A stretch of 64,000 bases of DNA from Candidatus Eiseniibacteriota bacterium. Its GTDB lineage: Bacteria; Eisenbacteria; RBG-16-71-46. Position numbers and translations under genes: made by a program. Shown here one piece after another: positions 53,187-62,838 of the stretch. The notes beneath the pieces were generated by a model. That model was not told the DNA's origin and ran no database searches. It worked only from the letters and a program-made list of their open reading frames with translations. Location: positions 832,001-896,000 of the forward strand of contig CAVUWA010000002.1 of the NCBI GenBank assembly GCA_963744995.1. The letters run 5' to 3'. Within the stretch, counting starts at the first letter, position 1. Every line of letters starts with the position of its first letter.

Positions 53187-54179
53187 ATGTCGCGATTCAC
53201 CGTTCTCGAATACGTGCGCGATCCCGGCGGGGTCTGGGTGCTGCCCGAGGCACCGCTCGAAGCTCTGCGTCGCGAGTTTCCCGACGTCACGATTCTCTCG
53301 CCCGCCGGACGCAAGGAAGCGGACGCGCGCCTTCCCGACGCCGACGTCGTGCTCGGCTACGCGGTGACCCCCGACAACTTCGCGAGCGCCCGGCGCCTGC
53401 GCTGGATCCAGATCACCGCGGCCGGCCTCGGCCACATGCTGTTTCCGGCGCTGGTCGAGAGCGACGTGGTGCTCACCAACGGCAGCGGCCTGTTCTCGGA
53501 CGCCATGGCCGAGCACGCCATGGGCATGATGCTCGCCTTCGCGCGCAAGCTGCATCTGGCGCGCGACGTCCAGCACGAACGCCGCTGGGCGCACGTGGCG
53601 TTGCGCGACACGCCGCCCGCGTTCGGCGTGCTGCAGGGCACGACGCTCGGGATCGTCGGCTTCGGCTCGATCGGCGCGGCCGTGGCGCGCCGCGCGCAGG
53701 CGTTCGGAATGCGGGTCATCGGCCTGCGCCGCACGCCGGCGACGCCGCCCGACCCTGCCGACGAACAGTGGGCCTCGGATCGCCTGCACGAGCTGCTGCA
53801 GACGTCGGACTGGGTCGTGCTCGCAGCACCGCTCACGGCCGAGACCCGCGCGATGCTCGGCGCGGAAGAGCTCGCCGCGATGCGGCCCCACGCGGTGCTC
53901 GTGAACCTCGGCCGCGGCGCGCTGCTCGACGAGCCGGCTTTGATCGAAACGCTCGCCGCGGGCCGGATCGGCGGCGCGGCACTGGACGTCGCGAACACGG
54001 AGCCGCTGCCCGACACGAGTCCGCTGTGGACGCTGCCGAACGTGATCCTCACGCCGCACGTCTCGGGGCTCGGCCCCGGACTCTGGGAGCGCGCGATCGA
54101 ACTCTTCGCCCGCAATCTGCGCGCGTTCCTCGACGGCCGTCCGCTCGAGAACGTCGTGGACAAGCGGGCGGGCTACTGA
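53187..54179 (+). CDS. D-2-hydroxyacid dehydrogenase
   Basis: AMAEH, GIVGFGSIG, PLTAETR, NLGRG, ALDV..EPL, TPHVSG. Confidence 0.93.
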   Translation: MSRFTVLEYVRDPGGVWVLPEAPLEALRREFPDVTILSPAGRKEADARLPDADVVLGYAVTPDNFASARRLRWIQITAAGLGHMLFPALVESDVVLTNGSGLFSDAMAEHAMGMMLAFARKLHLARDVQHERRWAHVALRDTPPAFGVLQGTTLGIVGFGSIGAAVARRAQAFGMRVIGLRRTPATPPDPADEQWASDRLHELLQTSDWVVLAAPLTAETRAMLGAEELAAMRPHAVLVNLGRGALLDEPALIETLAAGRIGGAALDVANTEPLPDTSPLWTLPNVILTPHVSGLGPGLWERAIELFARNLRAFLDGRPLENVVDKRAGY

Positions 54180-54187
54180 GCGGGCGG

Positions 54188-54787
54188 GTGCGGCTCGGCA
54201 TCGTGCTCGCGGGCGGCACCGGGACGCGTCTCGGCGCAGGGCGCGCGAAGGCGCTCGTGGAGCTCGGCGGGCACACGCTGCTCGAGCGCGCCTGCGCGAC
54301 GCTCTCCGCCTGCTGCGACGACCTCGTGGTCGCGGCGCCGGCCGCGCTCGAACTGCCCGGTTGCCCGGCGCCACGGGCCGCCGATGCGCCGGGGACCGCC
54401 GGCCCGCTCGCCGGAATCGTCGCGGGGGCGGCCGCCCGGCCCGCGCGCGACGCGATCGTGCTCGGCGTGGACTTCCCGCTCGTCACCCCGGCGTGGCTCG
54501 GCGCGCTCGCCGCGCGCCGCGGCGGACGCGAGGCGGTGATCCCCGCGCCGGGCGGCCGGATCCAGCCGCTCGTGGCGGTCTACGCGGCGCCGGCGCTCGA
54601 AACGCTGGCGGCGCGATTCGCGGCGGGCGAGCGCGCGGTGACGCGCGCGGCGCGCGCGCTCGACGCCGACCTGCCGGACGACGCGGCGCTCGACCTGCTG
54701 CCGGGCGGACGCGCGGCGCTCCTCAACGTCAACACGCCCGCGGACCTCGAGGCGGCGCGGGCGGCGCTCGGCGCCCTGCCCGGCTGA
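54188..54787 (+). CDS. mobA: Molybdenum cofactor guanylyltransferase-like
   Basis: LAGG..TRLG..KAL, GPLAGI, VDFP, QPLVAVY, NVNTPADL. Confidence 0.82.
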   Translation: MRLGIVLAGGTGTRLGAGRAKALVELGGHTLLERACATLSACCDDLVVAAPAALELPGCPAPRAADAPGTAGPLAGIVAGAAARPARDAIVLGVDFPLVTPAWLGALAARRGGREAVIPAPGGRIQPLVAVYAAPALETLAARFAAGERAVTRAARALDADLPDDAALDLLPGGRAALLNVNTPADLEAARAALGALPG

Positions 54788-54858
54788 GAAGTCGGCCGTT
54801 GCGTACCGGCCCGCGCGCGGCGACACTCGCGCGGTCACTGGATCTCGAGGAGGAACGC

Positions 54859-56175
54859 ATGAAGTCACCGGCCGGCAGCGACCCCGGCGCGGGGCGTGCC
54901 GCGCGCACGCTGGCCCTGGGCGGCGTGCCGCTCGATCGTGTGTTCGCGGGGCTCGCGCGGCTCGAACCCGCCGCGGACGCGTGCTACGCGTACGATCTCG
55001 ACGCGATCGCCGCCCGGGCGCGCGCGTTCGGGCGCGCGTTCGAGGCGGTGAGCGCATTCGCGGCCTACGCGATGAAGGCGAACGGGCTGCCGGCGCTGCT
55101 CGAACGTCTCGCGCGCGAAGGGTTCGGGGCCGACGCGGGCTCGCTCGGCGAGCTCGAGCTCGCCGCTGCGGCGGGGTTCCCGCCCGGGCACACGGTGCTC
55201 AACGGCAACGGCCGGACGGCGGCCGAAGCGGACCGCGCGGCGGCGCGCGGCCTGCGCCTCGTCAACGCCGACCTCGTCGAGGAACTCGATCTGCTGGAGG
55301 CCGCCTGCGCGCGGCACGACCGCCGCTTGCGCGTCGCACTGCGCGTGAATCCCGGCATCGACACGCCCGGCCACCGGCACGTGGCGACCGGCGACGACGC
55401 GGCGAAATTCGGCATGGCGCCGGCCGACGCGCTCGCCGCATGGTCCGGGCGGGCCCGCTGGCCGCACCTCGACCTGGACGGGCTGCACGTCCACGTGGGC
55501 TCGCAGATTCTCGACCCCGGTCCGGCCGAGCGCGCGCTCGAGGCCGCGCTCGCTCTGGTGGACGAGGCCGCGCGCCGCGGCCGACGCGTGGGCGTCGTCA
55601 ACATGGGGGGCGGGATGGGGGTGGACTACGACGTCGCGGAGGGCGACGGGCGCGACTTCCCGCTCGACGCGTGGGCGTCGCGGATCGCCGCCGCCGCCGC
55701 CGGCCGCGCGCTGGAATGGACGTTCGAGCCGGGACGCTGGCTGGTCGCCCGCGCCGGCGTGCTGATCGCGCGCGTCCGGTGGATCAAGCGCCGCGGCACG
55801 CACCGCTTCGTCGTGCTCGGGGCCGGGATGAACGACTTCATCCGTCCGGCCCTGTACGGCGCGCGCCACCGCATCGTCGCGGTGTCGCCGCGCGAAGGCC
55901 CGGTGACGGACGCGACGGTCGTGGGGCCCGTGTGCGAGAGCGGCGACGTATTCGCCCGCGAGGTGCCGCTGCCGCCGCTCGCCGCCGGCGACCTCGTCGC
56001 GATTCTCGACACGGGCGCCTACGGGGCTTCGATGGCATCCAATTACAACGGCCGCGGACGACTGGCCGAAGTCGTGGTCGAGGGCGGCCGCGCGCGCCGC
56101 GCCCGTGCCGGCGAGACGCCGCACGATCTGCTCGCGCGCCGCACCGAGGATCCGCTCGACCTCCGGGAAACGTGA
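54859..56175 (+). CDS. lysA: Diaminopimelate decarboxylase
   Basis: YAMKAN (PLP Lys), LRVNP, KFG, HVHVGSQI, EPGR, RPALY, GPVCESGD, GAYGASMASNYN. Confidence 0.93.
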   Translation: MKSPAGSDPGAGRAARTLALGGVPLDRVFAGLARLEPAADACYAYDLDAIAARARAFGRAFEAVSAFAAYAMKANGLPALLERLAREGFGADAGSLGELELAAAAGFPPGHTVLNGNGRTAAEADRAAARGLRLVNADLVEELDLLEAACARHDRRLRVALRVNPGIDTPGHRHVATGDDAAKFGMAPADALAAWSGRARWPHLDLDGLHVHVGSQILDPGPAERALEAALALVDEAARRGRRVGVVNMGGGMGVDYDVAEGDGRDFPLDAWASRIAAAAAGRALEWTFEPGRWLVARAGVLIARVRWIKRRGTHRFVVLGAGMNDFIRPALYGARHRIVAVSPREGPVTDATVVGPVCESGDVFAREVPLPPLAAGDLVAILDTGAYGASMASNYNGRGRLAEVVVEGGRARRARAGETPHDLLARRTEDPLDLRET

Positions 56176-56213
56176 AACGAAAACGGCGCGGCGTCCGCGA
56201 GGACGCCGCGCCG
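56176..56213 (-). terminator. Terminator between lysA and the convergent XRE genes
   Basis: 13-bp stem CGGCGCGGCGTCC-GCGA-GGACGCCGCGCCG; U-rich tail on the minus strand. Confidence 0.8.
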
Positions 56214-56233
56214 CGCAGATACGTGTCGAGCGC

Positions 56234-56875
56234 CTAGAGCGCGATCCTGGGGAGCATCGCGACCAGCAGGGTGGCCGGGCTCGAGCCGAGGTTGGAGTAG
56301 GCGTGGGTCTGATGCGCGCGGAAGTGCATCGAGTCGCCCTCGCGCAGCACCAGCGTGAGCTGATCCACGCGGATCTCGGCGACGCCGCTCAGCACCGTGA
56401 CCCACTCCTCGCCCTCGTGCCGGTGGACGAGGGCCGGCTCGCGACCGATCGGCAGCGAGACGATCTGCGCGCCGAGCGTCGTGCACGACGTGGCTTCGGT
56501 GACGGGCTCGAGCGTGGCGAGTCCCCACTGCACCGCCTGCGCGCGGCGGTCCTCGGCGCGCATGATGCACACGTCGGGAGATCCCAGCGGTTCGACGAGC
56601 GTGGCCGGACGCAGCCCGAGGGCGACCGCGATGCGGCCGAGCGCGCCCACCGTGGGCGATGCCTTGCCCCGTTCGATCTCCGAGACGTGGGTGGCGGAAA
56701 TGCCGCCACGCGACTCGAGATCCTTGAGGGTCAGTCCGCGCGAGACGCGCAGCATCTTGATGCGATGGCCGAGTTCGACGGGTGACGGATCGCGCATCGC
56801 GCGCGGCGACTCGCCGAGGGCGGCCGGCGTCGGGCGCGAAGTCTGGACGGTCTCTTCGGTGCCGTGTGCGTTCAC
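56234..56875 (-). CDS. XRE-family HTH / cupin regulator
   Basis: ELGHRIKMLR, SATHVSEIERGKASPTVGAL, HRHEGEE..HAY; GTG 56875 overlaps the upstream stop (alternative ATG 56797). Confidence 0.88.
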   Translation of the reverse strand: MNAHGTEETVQTSRPTPAALGESPRAMRDPSPVELGHRIKMLRVSRGLTLKDLESRGGISATHVSEIERGKASPTVGALGRIAVALGLRPATLVEPLGSPDVCIMRAEDRRAQAVQWGLATLEPVTEATSCTTLGAQIVSLPIGREPALVHRHEGEEWVTVLSGVAEIRVDQLTLVLREGDSMHFRAHQTHAYSNLGSSPATLLVAMLPRIAL

Positions 56876-57453
56876 GGGGTCTCCGTCATGGAGTGGGTGG
56901 TGAGAAGGACGATCTCGGCCGTTCCATCGGCGGCATGGAGGTCGTGCGCGATCGACAGCGTGGCCTGGGCCGCGTCGCCCGCCGACAGCGTCGAGCGGGA
57001 ATCGCCGAAGCGGGCCTCGACCTTGCCGCTCTTCACGAAGTAGATGGCCTGATCGTCGCTGCCGGTGGCGGCGAGGGTGATCCGTGCGTTCTTCGCCGGA
57101 TCGAGACGGACGCGATAGGCGAACACACGACTGCCGGGGATGCCCGGCGTGAGGATCTCGGCGGGGGCGCCACCCGGCAATGCATGGACGCCGACCGCAC
57201 CCTTCACGTGAGCCACGTCCTCCCGCTCCTCGCTCTCGATGAAGTAGGAGGCGTCCTTGTTGAGCGCCCGCGCGATGCGAACCAGCGCGCCGATGGTGGG
57301 GGACGTGCGGCCGCGCTCGATCTCGGACAGATGGGTGGCGGACAGACCGGAGGCCAGCTCCACCTGCTTGAGCGTCAGTCGAGACTCCATGCGCAACTTG
57401 CGGATTCGTCTGCCGAGTTCCTCGATTTCGACGATCGCCGACATATGGGGCAT
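56872..57453 (-). CDS. XRE-family HTH / degenerate cupin regulator
   Basis: ELGRRIRKLR, SATHLSEIERGRTSPTIGAL; cupin lacks HxHxxEE. Confidence 0.88.
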   Translation of the reverse strand: MPHMSAIVEIEELGRRIRKLRMESRLTLKQVELASGLSATHLSEIERGRTSPTIGALVRIARALNKDASYFIESEEREDVAHVKGAVGVHALPGGAPAEILTPGIPGSRVFAYRVRLDPAKNARITLAATGSDDQAIYFVKSGKVEARFGDSRSTLSAGDAAQATLSIAHDLHAADGTAEIVLLTTHSMTETP

Positions 57454-57787
57454 GTCCTCGGAGGGGGGGGAAGCGGCCCGCCGCGAGCGGGACGTGCATG
57501 CCGCCCGTGGCGAAGGATTTTTCTGAAAGAGGCGCCCGACGGCCCGGATCCGGTGCGAGTCGAGGGAGTGATCGCAATGACTTCCTGGGACGCCTTCCGC
57601 CCATTACCAAATCGCGGCAGATGGTGTCACATCGCGCGCGCGCCGGTCAAGAAAACCGGTTACGCCGTGGACATTTGCGCGGCCGGGCAGTACGCCGGTG
57701 GTAGCCTTGACACCTCCTTGTCGAGGCGCGAAACTGCGCGACCGCAAATCCCCTCCGCCATCATCCGCGGAAGTCGGGTGTCCGACA

Positions 57788-57805
57788 TTGTGAAAACAAG
57801 CGCAA
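57788..57805 (+). promoter_or_regulatory. Candidate Rex operator upstream of etfB
   Basis: TTGTGAA-AACA-AGCGCAA versus the Rex consensus TTGTGAA-N4-TTCACAA; a TTGACA lies upstream at 57707-57712. Confidence 0.45.
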
Positions 57806-57844
57806 AGTGCGGTTTTCGGCATTCGACATGACAAGGAGTGCGTC

Positions 57845-58597
57845 GTGCTTCAGGTCGTTTGCATCAAGCAGGTTCCGGACACGGAGACGCGGGTGAAGGT
57901 CGCGGCCGACGGCAAGCAGGCCGATCCGGCCGGCGTCACCTGGGTCATGAACCCCTACGACGAATTTGCGCTAGAGGAGGCCCTGCGCCAGCGCGAGAAG
58001 GCCGGCGAGGGCGAGGTCGTGGCGCTGACTCTGGGGGGCGCCGGTGCGACCACGACGATCCGCAACGCGCTCGCGATGGGCGCCGATCGTGCGATCCATC
58101 TGACCCACGAAGGAGCGCCGCTCGATCCGCTTCAGGTGTCGCGCGCTCTGGCCGCGGAGATCGGTCCGCTCTCGCCCTCCGTCGTCTGGTTCGGCCGCCA
58201 GGCGGTGGACGACGATGCCGCTCAGGTCGGCCCGATGGTCGCCGAACGCCTCGGGCTGCCCTGCGTCACCGCGGTCGCGAAGTTCGAACTCGAGGGCGAG
58301 GTCGCCACGGTCGAGCGTGAGATCGAGGGTGGCCGCGAGGTGTTCGAGGTCCGGCTGCCCGCCGTGTTCGCCGCCGACAAGGGGCTCAACGAGCCGCGCT
58401 ACGCGTCGCTCAAGGGCATCATGGCCGCGAAGAAGAAGCCGATCGAGGCGAAGCCCGCCGCGCCGGGCGACCCGGGGCTCGAAGTGCTCGCCCTGGAGCT
58501 GCCGCCGGCGCGCAGCGCCGGCCGCATCGTGGGAGAGGGGCCGGGCGCGGTGGCCGAGCTGGTGCGCGTCCTGCGCGAAGAAGCCAAGGTCATCTGA
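57845..58597 (+). CDS. etfB: Electron transfer flavoprotein beta subunit
   Basis: VCIKQVPD, NPYDEFALEEA, ALAMGAD, GRQAVDDD, NEPRYASLKGIMAAKKK. Confidence 0.96.
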   Translation: MLQVVCIKQVPDTETRVKVAADGKQADPAGVTWVMNPYDEFALEEALRQREKAGEGEVVALTLGGAGATTTIRNALAMGADRAIHLTHEGAPLDPLQVSRALAAEIGPLSPSVVWFGRQAVDDDAAQVGPMVAERLGLPCVTAVAKFELEGEVATVEREIEGGREVFEVRLPAVFAADKGLNEPRYASLKGIMAAKKKPIEAKPAAPGDPGLEVLALELPPARSAGRIVGEGPGAVAELVRVLREEAKVI

Positions 58598-58610
58598 GGA
58601 GGCGCGCGAC

Positions 58611-59588
58611 ATGAGTGTTCTGGTGTTCATCGAGCAGCGCGACGGCGCGCTGCGCTCCGGCGCCCGCGAGGTCCTGGGCGTGGCCGCACGACTCGCGGCG
58701 GACCTCGGCGGGCCGGTCGTCGGCGTCTGCGCGGCGGCGGCCGATCCCGGGCTGGCCGGGCTCGGCGACGCGGGCGCCGAGCAGGTGCTGCTGGCCACCC
58801 ACGAGTCGTTCGCCCGTTACGATCCCGCCGGCTACACCGCCGCGGTGGTGGCGGCGGCGAAGCAGACGTCCCCGAAGGCGATCCTGTTCTCGGCATCGGC
58901 CATGGGAAAGGATCTCGCGCCGCGCGTCGCCGCGCAGCTCGATGCGGGCCTGGCCTCCGACTGCACCGCGATCGAGGTCGAGGGCGGCCGGCTGGTCGCC
59001 ACACGCCCGGTCTACGCGGGCAAGGCCAATCAGAAGCTGGCGTTTCCGGGCCCCTGCGCGATCGCCGCGCTGCGGCCGAAGGTGTTCCCGGCCGCCGCCG
59101 GAGCCGGCAGGAGCGCGGAGGTTCAGGCGCTGGCCACGGAGTGGGCGCCGGACGACGCGCGGGCACGGGTCACCGGCGTCGAAGCGGCCGCCGGAGGCAA
59201 GGTGGATCTCACCGAGTCCGAGATCATCGTTTCAGGAGGGCGCGGTCTCAAGGGTCCCGAACATTTCCAGCTGATCGAAGCGCTCGCCGAGGCGCTCGGG
59301 GCCACCGTGGGCGCATCGCGCGCCGTGGTCGATGCCGGCTGGCGGCCGCATTCGGACCAGGTGGGGCAGACCGGCAAGACCGTTTCGCCCAAGCTCTACG
59401 TGGCGGTGGGCATTTCGGGGGCGATTCAGCATCTGGCGGGCATGTCGTCGTCGCGCTGCATCGTCGCGATCAACAAGGATCCCGAGGCCCCCATATTCAA
59501 AGTCGCGGATTACGGTATTGTGGGCGATCTGTTCGAGATCGTGCCGGCGCTCACCGAGGAAGTGAAGAAGCTGAACGCCGCGGTATAG
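58611..59588 (+). CDS. etfA: Electron transfer flavoprotein alpha subunit
   Basis: RPVYAGK, IVSGGRG, GASRAVVDAGW, QVGQTGK.V.PKLY.A.GISGAIQHLAGM. Confidence 0.96.
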   Translation: MSVLVFIEQRDGALRSGAREVLGVAARLAADLGGPVVGVCAAAADPGLAGLGDAGAEQVLLATHESFARYDPAGYTAAVVAAAKQTSPKAILFSASAMGKDLAPRVAAQLDAGLASDCTAIEVEGGRLVATRPVYAGKANQKLAFPGPCAIAALRPKVFPAAAGAGRSAEVQALATEWAPDDARARVTGVEAAAGGKVDLTESEIIVSGGRGLKGPEHFQLIEALAEALGATVGASRAVVDAGWRPHSDQVGQTGKTVSPKLYVAVGISGAIQHLAGMSSSRCIVAINKDPEAPIFKVADYGIVGDLFEIVPALTEEVKKLNAAV

Positions 59589-59609
59589 GGCCGGTGCGGG
59601 GGAAGGACC

Positions 59610-59963
59610 ATGCAGGCATACATTCCGATCCTGATGTTCGTGATCGTCGCGGGGTTGTTCTCGGCCGGGACGCTCGTCATGTCGCACCTGATCGTTCCCC
59701 GCCGCCGCAGCCCCCGCAAGATGTCGGCCTACGAGTGCGGTGTCGAGCCCGTCGGCAACGCGCGCGGCCGGTTCAGCGTGAAGTTCTATCTCGTGGCCGT
59801 GCTGTTCATCCTGTTCGACGTGGAAGTCGTGTTCCTTTACCCGTGGGCCGTCACCTTCCGTGGGCTCGGTCTCACCGGCCTGATCGCGATGACGTTGTTC
59901 CTCGTGATCCTGACCGTGGGACTGGTCTACGAGTTCAAGAAGAAGGCGCTGGACTGGGATTGA
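59610..59963 (+). CDS. nuoA: NADH-quinone oxidoreductase subunit A
   Basis: YECG, FYLVAVLFILFDVE..FLYPWA. Confidence 0.96.
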   Translation: MQAYIPILMFVIVAGLFSAGTLVMSHLIVPRRRSPRKMSAYECGVEPVGNARGRFSVKFYLVAVLFILFDVEVVFLYPWAVTFRGLGLTGLIAMTLFLVILTVGLVYEFKKKALDWD

Positions 59964-59998
59964 CGTCGTTCGCTCGGAGCCGCAGGAGGTGATCCTCG

Positions 59999-60604
59999 AT
60001 GGCTGATCCCAAAGAGCTGAATCCGTTTCGGCCGCTGGTGGCCGCGCCACGCGACGCTTCGCCGCAGGCGGACCTGGTGATGCCGAAGACGGAAGAAGAG
60101 GCGATGCGCGAGGAGCTCGAGCAGGGCATTCTCTTCACCAGCGTCGAGAAGATGGTCAACTGGGGCCGCGCGAATTCGATCTGGCCGCTGGGCTTCGGCC
60201 TCGCCTGCTGCGCCATCGAGATGATGTCCACGCTGTCGCCGCGGTTCGACCTCTCGCGCTTCGGCGCCGAGGTCATGCGCGCCTCGCCCCGCCAGGCGGA
60301 TCTCATGATCGTCGCCGGCCGGGTCAGCCTCAAGATGGCGCCGGTGCTGCGCCAGCTGTACGACCAGATGCCGGACCCCAGGTGGGTGATCGCGATGGGC
60401 GCCTGCTCGTCGTGCGGCGGCGTGTTCAACAACTACGCGATCCTCCAGGGCGTCGACAAGATCGTGCCCGTGGACGTCTACGTGCCGGGCTGCCCGCCGC
60501 GGCCGGAAGGGCTGATCCACGGCATCATGAAACTTCAGGAGAAGATCATGTCGTCGCGTGTCGCGCTCGGCCCCGCGCCCCGACGGCGGAAGGGCGCTGC
60601 ATGA
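59999..60604 (+). CDS. nuoB: NADH-quinone oxidoreductase subunit B
   Basis: [31 protein letters not shown]. Confidence 0.97.
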   Translation: MADPKELNPFRPLVAAPRDASPQADLVMPKTEEEAMREELEQGILFTSVEKMVNWGRANSIWPLGFGLACCAIEMMSTLSPRFDLSRFGAEVMRASPRQADLMIVAGRVSLKMAPVLRQLYDQMPDPRWVIAMGACSSCGGVFNNYAILQGVDKIVPVDVYVPGCPPRPEGLIHGIMKLQEKIMSSRVALGPAPRRRKGAA

Positions 60605-61167
60605 ACGCGACGATCCACGAGGGGATCCAGAAGCGCCTCGAAGAGGAATTCCCGGACGTCGCGTTCGAACGCCAGACCGGCGAAGCCGTGCGCGACTTCA
60701 CGCTGTACCTTCCTGCCGACCGTCTGGTCGAGGTCTGCACGTTCCTGCGCGACGATCCCGAACTCGACTTCGGCATGCTGTCCTGGATCGGCGGGGTCGA
60801 CATGTTGCCGCGCGAGCCGCGCTTCGAGGTGGTGTACTCGCTGCTGTCGCTGAGCCGGCGCGTGCGGCTGCACCTCAAGGTGCGCGTGAGCGACGAGCAG
60901 GCGCGCGTTCCGAGCGTCGTCGAGGTCTGGCCGACGGCCAACTGGCACGAGCGCGAGACCTTCGATTTCTACGGCATCGAATTCACCGGGCACCCCGAAC
61001 TCACCCGCATCCTGCTGCCCGAGGACTGGGTCGGCTGGCCGCTGCGCAAGGACTCGCCGCTCGGCTACGAAGAGGTCGCGTTCACCCACAACACGCCCGA
61101 CCGCATCAAGCCCTCGCCGGAGCTCAAGAAGCTCGCGCCGAAGAAGGTGACCTACCGTGCGCAGTGA
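60601..61167 (+). CDS. nuoC: NADH-quinone oxidoreductase subunit C
   Basis: [34 protein letters not shown]. Confidence 0.96.
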   Translation: MNATIHEGIQKRLEEEFPDVAFERQTGEAVRDFTLYLPADRLVEVCTFLRDDPELDFGMLSWIGGVDMLPREPRFEVVYSLLSLSRRVRLHLKVRVSDEQARVPSVVEVWPTANWHERETFDFYGIEFTGHPELTRILLPEDWVGWPLRKDSPLGYEEVAFTHNTPDRIKPSPELKKLAPKKVTYRAQ

Positions 61168-62338
61168 GACGATGACCCTCAACATGGGGCCGCAGCACCC
61201 CTCGACCCACGGCGTGCTGCGCGTCGTGCTCGAGCTGGACGGCGAGACGGTGCTCCAGGCGAAGCCGATCATCGGCTATCTGCACACCGGCATGGAGAAG
61301 CAGGCCGAATACAAGACCTACACCCAGTCGATCCCGCAGACCGACCGGATGGACTACCTGGCGCCGCTTTCCAACAACCTCGCCTTCTGTCTGGCCGCCG
61401 AGAAACTGCTCGGGATCGAGGCGCCGCCGCGCGCGCAGGCCGTGCGCGTACTCATGACCGAGCTCACCCGCATCAGCGCGCACTGCGTCTGGCTGGGCAC
61501 GCACGCGCTCGACATCGGTGCGATGACGGTCTTCTTCTACTGCTTTCGCGAGCGCGAGAAGATCATCTCGATCTACGATCAGATCTGCGGCGCGCGCCTC
61601 ACCGCTTCGTACTTCCGCGTCGGCGGCCTCGCCATGGACATTCCCGAGGACGGATTCATCGAACGCTGCCGAAAGTTCATCGACGAGATGCCCGCCCACA
61701 TCGACGAGTACGAGGGGCTGCTCTCGAAGAACCCGATCTGGCTCGCCCGCACGAAGGGCGTGGCGCCGCTGTCGGCGCGCGACGCCGTCGCGCTCGGCGC
61801 CACCGGGCCGACCCTGCGCGGTTCCGGCGTGCAGTGGGACCTGCGCAAGGACATGCCGTACGGGACCTATGACACCTACGATTTCGACGTTCCCGTCGGC
61901 GCGCACGGCGACGCCTACGATCGATACACCGTGCGGGTCGAAGAAATGCGCCAGGCCACGCGCATCGCCGGGCAGGCGCTGGACCGGATCGGCGAGATCG
62001 GTCCCGGCGACTACCGCGTGCGCGACTACAAGTACGTGCTGCCGCCCAAGGAAGAGGTGAAGACCTCCATGGAGGCGCTGATCCACCACTTCAAGATCGT
62101 GGCGCACGGATTCTTCCCGCCGGTGGGCGAGGCGTACCAGGCGATCGAGGCGCCGAAGGGCGAGCTCGGCTTCTACTTCATCTCGGACGGCACGCCGCGC
62201 CCCTGGCGCATGAAGGTGCGCTCGCCGTCGTTCGTGAACCTGCAGTCGCTCGGCACGATGGTGGAGGGCCGGCTGGTGGCCGATGTGATCACGGCGATCG
62301 GCAGCCTGGACATCGTGCTCGGGGAGATCGATCGATGA
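61157..62338 (+). CDS. nuoD: NADH-quinone oxidoreductase subunit D
   Basis: NMGPQHPSTHGVLR, GYLHTG.EK, DRMDY, EAPKGELG, DIVLGEIDR. Confidence 0.97.
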   Translation: MRSETMTLNMGPQHPSTHGVLRVVLELDGETVLQAKPIIGYLHTGMEKQAEYKTYTQSIPQTDRMDYLAPLSNNLAFCLAAEKLLGIEAPPRAQAVRVLMTELTRISAHCVWLGTHALDIGAMTVFFYCFREREKIISIYDQICGARLTASYFRVGGLAMDIPEDGFIERCRKFIDEMPAHIDEYEGLLSKNPIWLARTKGVAPLSARDAVALGATGPTLRGSGVQWDLRKDMPYGTYDTYDFDVPVGAHGDAYDRYTVRVEEMRQATRIAGQALDRIGEIGPGDYRVRDYKYVLPPKEEVKTSMEALIHHFKIVAHGFFPPVGEAYQAIEAPKGELGFYFISDGTPRPWRMKVRSPSFVNLQSLGTMVEGRLVADVITAIGSLDIVLGEIDR

Positions 62339-62838
62339 GCGGCGTCGTGCAGATCGAGACTGCGGAGACGCTCGAGTGGCCCGCGGCGCGGCGCGCCGAG
62401 GTCGAAGCCGCACTCTCGCACTATCCGAACCGGCGCTCGGCGATCCTGCCGGTGATGTGGATCGCCCAGCGGGAGTGGGGCTGGTTGCCCCCGGCCGCGC
62501 TGAAGCTGGTCGCGAAGACGGTCGGTCTGCCGGAGCCGGAAGTGTTCGGGGTCGCCACCTTCTACACGATGTTCAACCTGCAGCCCGTCGGCCGCCATCA
62601 TCTGCAAGTGTGCATGACCCTGTCGTGTTCGCTGATGGGGGCGGACCGGCTGTTCCGCCACCTCGAGCGGAAGCTCGGCATCGGGCACGGCGAGACGACG
62701 CCCGACGGCCGCTTCACGCTGCGCCGCGTCGAGTGCCTCGCGGCCTGCGGCGGCGGACCCTGCATGCAGGTCGGGCTCGACTACCACGAGAACCTCGACG
62801 AGGCGAAGGCCGACGCCATCCTGAAGGAACTGAAATGA
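62335..62838 (+). CDS. nuoE: NADH-quinone oxidoreductase subunit E
   Basis: VATFYTMF, CMTLSC, ECLAAC (2Fe-2S ligands). Confidence 0.96.
   Translation: MSGVVQIETAETLEWPAARRAEVEAALSHYPNRRSAILPVMWIAQREWGWLPPAALKLVAKTVGLPEPEVFGVATFYTMFNLQPVGRHHLQVCMTLSCSLMGADRLFRHLERKLGIGHGETTPDGRFTLRRVECLAACGGGPCMQVGLDYHENLDEAKADAILKELK

Noticed and set aside
54188..54787. mobA as a sign of a molybdoenzyme cluster
   Set aside because: No other Moco or molybdoenzyme genes are nearby; isolated mobA genes are common
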